A DNA stretch of 11,550 nucleotides, taken from contig CAZBPC010000100.1 of NCBI GenBank assembly GCA_964493715.1, forward strand, positions 1 to 11,550, written 5' to 3'. Of this stretch, positions 6,579-11,550 are shown piece after piece (position 1 is the first letter of the stretch; each line of letters begins with the position of its first letter). Origin of the DNA: an uncultured archaeon. GTDB lineage: Archaea; Asgardarchaeota; Lokiarchaeia; Sigyniarchaeales; SOKP01. The position numbers and the translations under genes are program-made. The notes beneath the pieces were generated by a model that was not told where the DNA came from, searched no databases, and saw nothing but the letters and a program-made list of their open reading frames with translations.

Positions 6579-6788
6579 ATGACAAAATTAAAAAGCAAAC
6601 TTATTGCCCGTTATGGGGAAGAATTAGGCGAAAAATTATTTTCAACTATTCAAGAAGGTATTAAAAATAAGGAAAGTAAAGCACAACTAAGAATGCGAGC
6701 AATTAGGGTTATTGAACCTTCCTTACCAGAGGATAAAGTAAAAGAAATTGCTGATCTGAGAGTATCAAGACAATGGATTATTACGTGA
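6579..6788 (+). CDS. Small protein (69 aa; alternative start TTG 6570), candidate radical SAM substrate/precursor peptide
   Basis: MTKLKSKLIARYGEELGEKLFSTIQEGIKNKESKAQLRMRAIRVIEPSLPEDKVKEIADLRVSRQWIIT. Lies directly upstream of the relic rSAM 5' end. The precursor role is inference only. Confidence 0.7.
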   Translation: MTKLKSKLIARYGEELGEKLFSTIQEGIKNKESKAQLRMRAIRVIEPSLPEDKVKEIADLRVSRQWIIT

Positions 6789-6830
6789 AAGCATAGCTAA
6801 TTTTCTCAGTTAATAAATAAAAGAATTAAA

Positions 6831-6839
6831 TTTTTTTTT
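6831..6839 (+). terminator. Oligo-T terminator
   Basis: T9 about 43 nt after the stop at 6788. Confidence 0.4.
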
Positions 6840-6862
6840 AAATTATTTATTATTATCAAGAT

Positions 6863-7006
6863 GAGTAAATTGGGTTTACTAATGGCAAAGAAATATACCG
6901 ATATTCTATTCATACGTCCGGTTGGTGAAGATTTTTGTGAAAAAAAATTCGATGCATATCTGGTTCTACTTTCCTCTAAAGATTATCTATTATCAAAAGT
7001 TTAAAG
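6863..7006 (+). pseudogene. Degenerate duplicate of the 5' UTR and first ~40 codons of the radical SAM gene (direct repeat of about 9083-9230)
   Basis: 6890-6940 versus 9112-9162: 46/51 identical, first 25 nt exact (KYTDILFIRPVGEDF versus KYTDILFICPVGGDF). The ATG is reduced to AG (AAAG versus AAATG). Weaker, frameshifted similarity continues on both sides. Confidence 0.9.
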
Positions 7007-7013
7007 GTTTTTT

Positions 7014-9062
7014 ATGAAGGCAATAAAATTTCAGGATTTACTAAAAGCAGAGAAGCTTCTATATAAATGTAAATTTGGAGAAGTCAAGAACATTCTTGGC
7101 ACGTTAGAAAAAATTTGTGATGTTAATTCTACTGAGTATTTAGCAGTTCTTCTATTAAAAGGTAGGTTATACTTCTATAAAGAAAGATATAGAAATGCAA
7201 CAGAAATTGCTGAATCAGCTCGTGTGTTGAGTTTAAAATTAAATAACATAACTCAATATATTGATGCTTTATTGATTAAGGCTCATGTAGTTTTTTTAGG
7301 TAAATTAGAGGAATCGAAACAAATCATAGATGAAGTTGAAAGCTTGTTAAATGAACATAAAAATAACCCCTCTCTAAATTTAAAGCGGCAAATGAATGAT
7401 TTCTTGATTATAAAAGCAATTGTTTACCGTTATTCTGCTGATCTTGATCAGGCGTACGATTCAGTTAATCAATGGTTACTTATAAATCAGAAAGATGGTG
7501 AAAAATTAGATTTTTCCCGAGTTTATATTATTCTAGGCGATATTTATATATATAAAAATGAACCAGATAAAGCTTTAGAGTGCTTCGAAAAAAGTCGTAA
7601 ACTTCAATCTGAATTAGAAAATCAAAGAGGTATCGCAACTAGTTTACAATATTTAGCTTTTGGGTACTATTATATCGGAAATTTAGATCATTCTCAATTG
7701 TTAAGTAAAAAAAGCATATCAATCCCGAAAATTAGTACTTTTACATTTTCAACTTCTCTTCATCTATTAGGGGCGATTTCCAAGGAGAAAGGTGAATTAG
7801 ATAGAGCTTTAAGAATTTACAAGCGAGCGGCTAAAATTAGAGAAGTTGAGCAATATTTTGAAGAATATTTAACAATTATTCTGGCAATAGGGATTATTTA
7901 TAGAATGAAAGGAAATTACAATTTAGCATTAGACAATTTCTTGGAATGCTATAGCGAAAGTAAAAAAATTAACTCTCTATATGGAATGGCATCATCTCTT
8001 TTCAATCTCATTTTAACATTTCTTGATAAAAATAATATTGAACAGGCAGAATCATATTTAACAGAGTTTGAATCTGTGGCTACTCTTACCAAAAGCGAAA
8101 CGTACAATAATATATTTCTTATGGCTAAAGCTTTATTTCTTCAAAAGTCAAAAAGATTACACGATAAAACTCAAGCAGAGCTAATTCTAAAGAAAATAAT
8201 AGAAAAGGAAGCCTTACCAATACAATATCTCCTTTTAACATTCGCTAATTTATGTGATCTTCTTCTATATGAGATGAATATAATGGATAATCTGGACATA
8301 CTAAATGAGATTAATCCGTTAATATCAAAAATGCTTAAATTCTCGGAAAATCAGAACTCCTATTTATGGTTATCTGAGACCAAATTATTGCAGGCAAAAT
8401 TATGTTTGATTAATATGGATATAAGAGAAGCAAAAAAATTGATGTCAGAAGCTCAAAAGATTGCTGAAATGCATGATCTCAATTTGTTAGCTCAAAGGAT
8501 ATCTCATGATCAGGATTCACTTTTAGATCAATCATCATTATGGGATGAATTATTAGAAAGAAATGCACCAATTTCTGAAAGAATAAAACTTGCTTCTCTT
8601 AATGGCGTGCTGGGGCGCATGCAAGGAAAAAGTGCTATTGATCCTCCGAAAATTACAAGGGAAAAACCCATTTTATTACTTCTTATGAGTAAAGATGGCG
8701 TACCCCATTTTTCCCACGCTTTTCAAGACGATTTAGATTTTGAACCTCTTTTTAGTTCTTTTTTGTCAGCGTTCAACACTTTTGGTAGTGAACTATTTGC
8801 GCCGGAAAGCTCAATTGAACGAATTAATATCGGTGAACATAGGATCCTTATAAACCATATTGAAAATTATTTAATTTGTTATGTTATCAAGGGGCCATCA
8901 TTTTTAGCTAAAAGAAAATTAGAAAAATTTACAACTGAAATTCGGATTGATTTAGAAATTTGGGACGCTTTAAAACTATCTGTTAAGACAGGAAGAATGT
9001 TAGAAATGCATAATCCACCTGTTTTAGGAACTCTTGTGAATCAAATTTTTTATGATAAATAA
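7014..9062 (+). CDS. TPR-repeat protein with a C-terminal longin-like domain (682 aa)
   Basis: Multiple TPRs (VYIILGDIYIYKNEPDKALECFEKS; SLHLLGAISKEKGELDRALRIYKRA; IGIIYRMKGNYNLALDNFLEC). C-terminal domain from about 8664 (PILLLLMSKDGVPHFSH...LFSSFLSAFNTFGSELF...YLICYVIKG) has a longin pattern. Confidence 0.88.
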   Translation: MKAIKFQDLLKAEKLLYKCKFGEVKNILGTLEKICDVNSTEYLAVLLLKGRLYFYKERYRNATEIAESARVLSLKLNNITQYIDALLIKAHVVFLGKLEESKQIIDEVESLLNEHKNNPSLNLKRQMNDFLIIKAIVYRYSADLDQAYDSVNQWLLINQKDGEKLDFSRVYIILGDIYIYKNEPDKALECFEKSRKLQSELENQRGIATSLQYLAFGYYYIGNLDHSQLLSKKSISIPKISTFTFSTSLHLLGAISKEKGELDRALRIYKRAAKIREVEQYFEEYLTIILAIGIIYRMKGNYNLALDNFLECYSESKKINSLYGMASSLFNLILTFLDKNNIEQAESYLTEFESVATLTKSETYNNIFLMAKALFLQKSKRLHDKTQAELILKKIIEKEALPIQYLLLTFANLCDLLLYEMNIMDNLDILNEINPLISKMLKFSENQNSYLWLSETKLLQAKLCLINMDIREAKKLMSEAQKIAEMHDLNLLAQRISHDQDSLLDQSSLWDELLERNAPISERIKLASLNGVLGRMQGKSAIDPPKITREKPILLLLMSKDGVPHFSHAFQDDLDFEPLFSSFLSAFNTFGSELFAPESSIERINIGEHRILINHIENYLICYVIKGPSFLAKRKLEKFTTEIRIDLEIWDALKLSVKTGRMLEMHNPPVLGTLVNQIFYDK

Positions 9063-9109
9063 ATTCATCTTTGCTATATTAAGAGTAACATTTTTTAAAT
9101 TGAAGGAAA

Positions 9110-11338
9110 ATGAAATATACCGATATTCTATTCATATGTCCGGTTGGAGGAGATTTTAATGATACAGACTTTAGATATACACTTGGATCTGCTTATATCA
9201 TAGCTTATCTAAGAAATAATGGATATAAAGCTGAACAATTTATTTCAAAAAAGTCGTTTAATGTCGGGGAATGTACAACGGAAATTCTCAAATTTAAACC
9301 AAAAATAATTGGATTTACAGTGTTAAATAGTAATTACATGCAGAGTGTTTTGATATGTAGAGAATTGAAAAGAATTAATCCCAAAATTATCACAATATTT
9401 GGTGGCCCCACTCCTACCGTTCAATCTGAGGATATTTTAGAATGCGAATCTTCAGTTGATATATGTGTAAGAGCTGAAGGAGAAGAAGTAGCATTAAAAT
9501 TACTTAATGATTTAAAAGCTAACGACTTTAATCTTGAAAAAACGAATCTTGAGAAAATTGGGGGCATAACGTTTAAGCGCAAAAACATAGTCATCGCTAA
9601 TCCAGATAGTGATATTTTATCTTCCAATAAATCTGTTAAATATTATATTGATAAATATCCTTCTCCATATCTTTCAGATGTTGTTTCTGCATCTCAGGCT
9701 TTTCCTCTTGGAATAATTACTGCTAGAGGATGTAATCAAAGTTGCGTGTATTGTAATTGTGCTGTAATGAGTAAGAGAAATATCTATTTTCATTCAACGA
9801 AACGAGTTATTGAAGAATTGTCGTATATAAGTGAAAATCGATGCTCTAAATTTCCCGTCCCAATAATTGATGATGGTTTTACAATCATTCCTTCAAGAGC
9901 GAAGGAGATCTGCGAGAAAATTATTGATTATCCTCTCGATATTCCATTAGCTTGCATTACCCGTGCAGATAAAATTGATAAAGAACTCCTTGATTTGATG
10001 AAACAAGCAGGTTTTAGATTAATCGGATTTTCTTTGGAAAGCGCCGTTCCAAAAGTATTGAGATCTATTGGAAAAGTGAACCCTCCAGATAAAAATGATA
10101 ATAGGAATTATGAGAGAGAGAAATTTTATATTCAAAATTTACAGGATATGACAGTATATGCCAAAAAAATCGGAATGTACCCTGTATTTGTTAGCATAAT
10201 GGTCGGATTACCTGGGGAAACTTATCAAGATGCAATGGAAACGATAAAATTAGTTAATAAGTTAGATATTGATTACTATGCTCATAACAAGTTCCATATA
10301 TACAAGGGAACTCCGATCTATAAGAATTATAAAGATTTTAATTATAAGGTTAAACAGCTTGGGCGTATAAATAGAATATTTATTTCAAATACTCATCCTT
10401 ATGATGTAAATCAAATCAAATACGGAATTAATAGTGCCGAACGTCAAAATTATAAAAATGCAAATTATAAATCACTAAAAATTCTTTCAGGTAATCCTGA
10501 TACTGAAAAATGCAGAACTTTTTTCAATAATATTATTATCAATTCAAATATAATAAAAGAAGATCTAATCAAATGGATGCATGATAATCTTGCTTTAAAT
10601 GGCTCAATAGTTCAGATTTATTCAAGTAAAACGAAATTTGAGGAATGGGACGATAAAAATATGGAAAGCTTCTATGATACTCTAGCTCCAACAAAAGATT
10701 ATAATAAATATTATTGGGAGAAAAAAAAAAGTTCAATGATATTAAAATCCGAGTGGATGCCTAATTATGGAGATGATATAGGGATACCTATCATATTTAA
10801 AGATTATACATCGGCGTTAAAGTTATACAATAAAACTAATAAAAAAGTAGAGAATATAATATGTGTCGAAAATTCCTCAAAGGACACCTCATCTTTACTT
10901 AAGTTTTTAAAAAAAATTACAGAAATTGATGACCCTTTTAAATATCTTCTCGAGAAAAAACCTTTACCACAATTTATGAATTTTTGTCGTTGGACTACTA
11001 ATCCAGCCAATTGTCAAACGTTAGATACAGCAATTATAGACCAAGATAACATTAAAATTTGTTGGTTCTCTGATCCTATCGCAAAAGTAGGTGTACCATT
11101 TTCTAAAATAAAAGAAAATATTATGAAGATTCATATAAATACGATCGTTAAGCGGCAATGTAAAAAATGTGTAAGATTTAGTGATTGTAATAAATGTTAT
11201 TTTACCTATCCAATCTCTAATGATGAATATTGTAATTTTCAGACTGAGAATAATATATCTATTGCTACAAATTTAATAAATTCTCTGAATCTATTGAAGG
11301 ATTTAGTTTTTGAACCAATAACACTTTTAGATTATTAA
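9110..11338 (+). CDS. B12-binding radical SAM enzyme with a C-terminal SPASM-like Cys-rich domain (742 aa)
   Basis: N-terminal cobalamin-binding motifs (LGSAYIIAYL, IIGFT, FGGPTPT, DICVRAEGE). ARGCNQSCVYC gives CxxxCxxC (9731-9754). FSLES and IMVGLPGET barrel motifs are present. C-terminal C...C-x15-C...CxxC-x5-C-x2-C-x11-C. Confidence 0.92.
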   Translation: MKYTDILFICPVGGDFNDTDFRYTLGSAYIIAYLRNNGYKAEQFISKKSFNVGECTTEILKFKPKIIGFTVLNSNYMQSVLICRELKRINPKIITIFGGPTPTVQSEDILECESSVDICVRAEGEEVALKLLNDLKANDFNLEKTNLEKIGGITFKRKNIVIANPDSDILSSNKSVKYYIDKYPSPYLSDVVSASQAFPLGIITARGCNQSCVYCNCAVMSKRNIYFHSTKRVIEELSYISENRCSKFPVPIIDDGFTIIPSRAKEICEKIIDYPLDIPLACITRADKIDKELLDLMKQAGFRLIGFSLESAVPKVLRSIGKVNPPDKNDNRNYEREKFYIQNLQDMTVYAKKIGMYPVFVSIMVGLPGETYQDAMETIKLVNKLDIDYYAHNKFHIYKGTPIYKNYKDFNYKVKQLGRINRIFISNTHPYDVNQIKYGINSAERQNYKNANYKSLKILSGNPDTEKCRTFFNNIIINSNIIKEDLIKWMHDNLALNGSIVQIYSSKTKFEEWDDKNMESFYDTLAPTKDYNKYYWEKKKSSMILKSEWMPNYGDDIGIPIIFKDYTSALKLYNKTNKKVENIICVENSSKDTSSLLKFLKKITEIDDPFKYLLEKKPLPQFMNFCRWTTNPANCQTLDTAIIDQDNIKICWFSDPIAKVGVPFSKIKENIMKIHINTIVKRQCKKCVRFSDCNKCYFTYPISNDEYCNFQTENNISIATNLINSLNLLKDLVFEPITLLDY

Positions 11339-11361
11339 AAAAGGTGAATTTTCATCCTTTT
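11339..11361 (+). terminator. Hairpin immediately after the radical SAM stop codon
   Basis: AAAAGGTGAA-TT-TTCATCCTTTT inverted repeat with a one-base bulge. Confidence 0.35.
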
Positions 11362-11507
11362 AACGGAAAAGTATGTCTCATTATTTTCTAAAACATAATT
11401 TATTTTGTAGTAATTTATTTTATTTAAGAAATGAGTCTTTTTAATCTATCAAGACGAATATCCTTTTATTAAGCTAAAGATTATATCATCAAAAAGTGGT
11501 CTTTAAA

Positions 11508-11550
11508 ATGGAAATGGAATGGAAAAAATGTGAAAAATGTGGTTTCTTGC
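11508..11550 (+). CDS. N-terminus of a zinc-ribbon protein, 3'-truncated by the window edge
   Basis: ATG 11508 after GTGGT (11496-11500) reads MEMEWKKCEKCGFL, a CxxCG zinc knuckle. Not in the ORF track. Confidence 0.6.
   Translation, partial: MEMEWKKCEKCGFL

Noticed and set aside
6890-9162. Repeat pair as DGR template/variable repeats
   Set aside because: The five mismatches are not confined to adenines of either copy, indels are present, the repeat is at a gene 5' end, and no reverse transcriptase is in the window.
9421-11010. Two minus-strand 68-aa ORFs (9421..9627, 10804..11010)
   Set aside because: Antisense shadows inside the radical SAM gene.
1-11550. CRISPR array, tRNA/rRNA, transposase or integrase
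   Set aside because: No regularly spaced repeats, cloverleaf or rRNA-like sequence, or recombinase motifs were seen.

Overview
AT-rich window that looks like an Asgard archaeon, probably Lokiarchaeia. This is inferred from gene content: two Rab-like small GTPases without prenylation tails, a stand-alone longin-like protein, a TPR-longin fusion and a tandem winged-helix-TPR protein. The left half (1-4477) is a small-GTPase/longin/wHTH-TPR cluster that also holds an unannotated 3' relic of a third GTPase (590-640). The middle (4590-6840) is a run of six small ORFs of 55-90 aa. It includes two paralog pairs, one member of which (6289-6456) is missing from the ORF track, plus oligo-T terminators, palindromes and a GC-rich structured-RNA candidate. 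The right half has a decayed copy of the 5' end of the radical SAM gene (about 6863-7006), the TPR-longin gene, an intact 742-aa radical SAM enzyme that combines a B12-binding domain with a C-terminal SPASM-like Cys cluster, and the start of a zinc-ribbon protein. Best hypothesis for an undescribed system: an Asgard peptide-modification (RiPP-like) locus of small peptides plus a B12/SPASM radical SAM enzyme, interrupted by a TPR-longin gene flanked by a duplicated rSAM 5' end. This is inference; no database searches were run.
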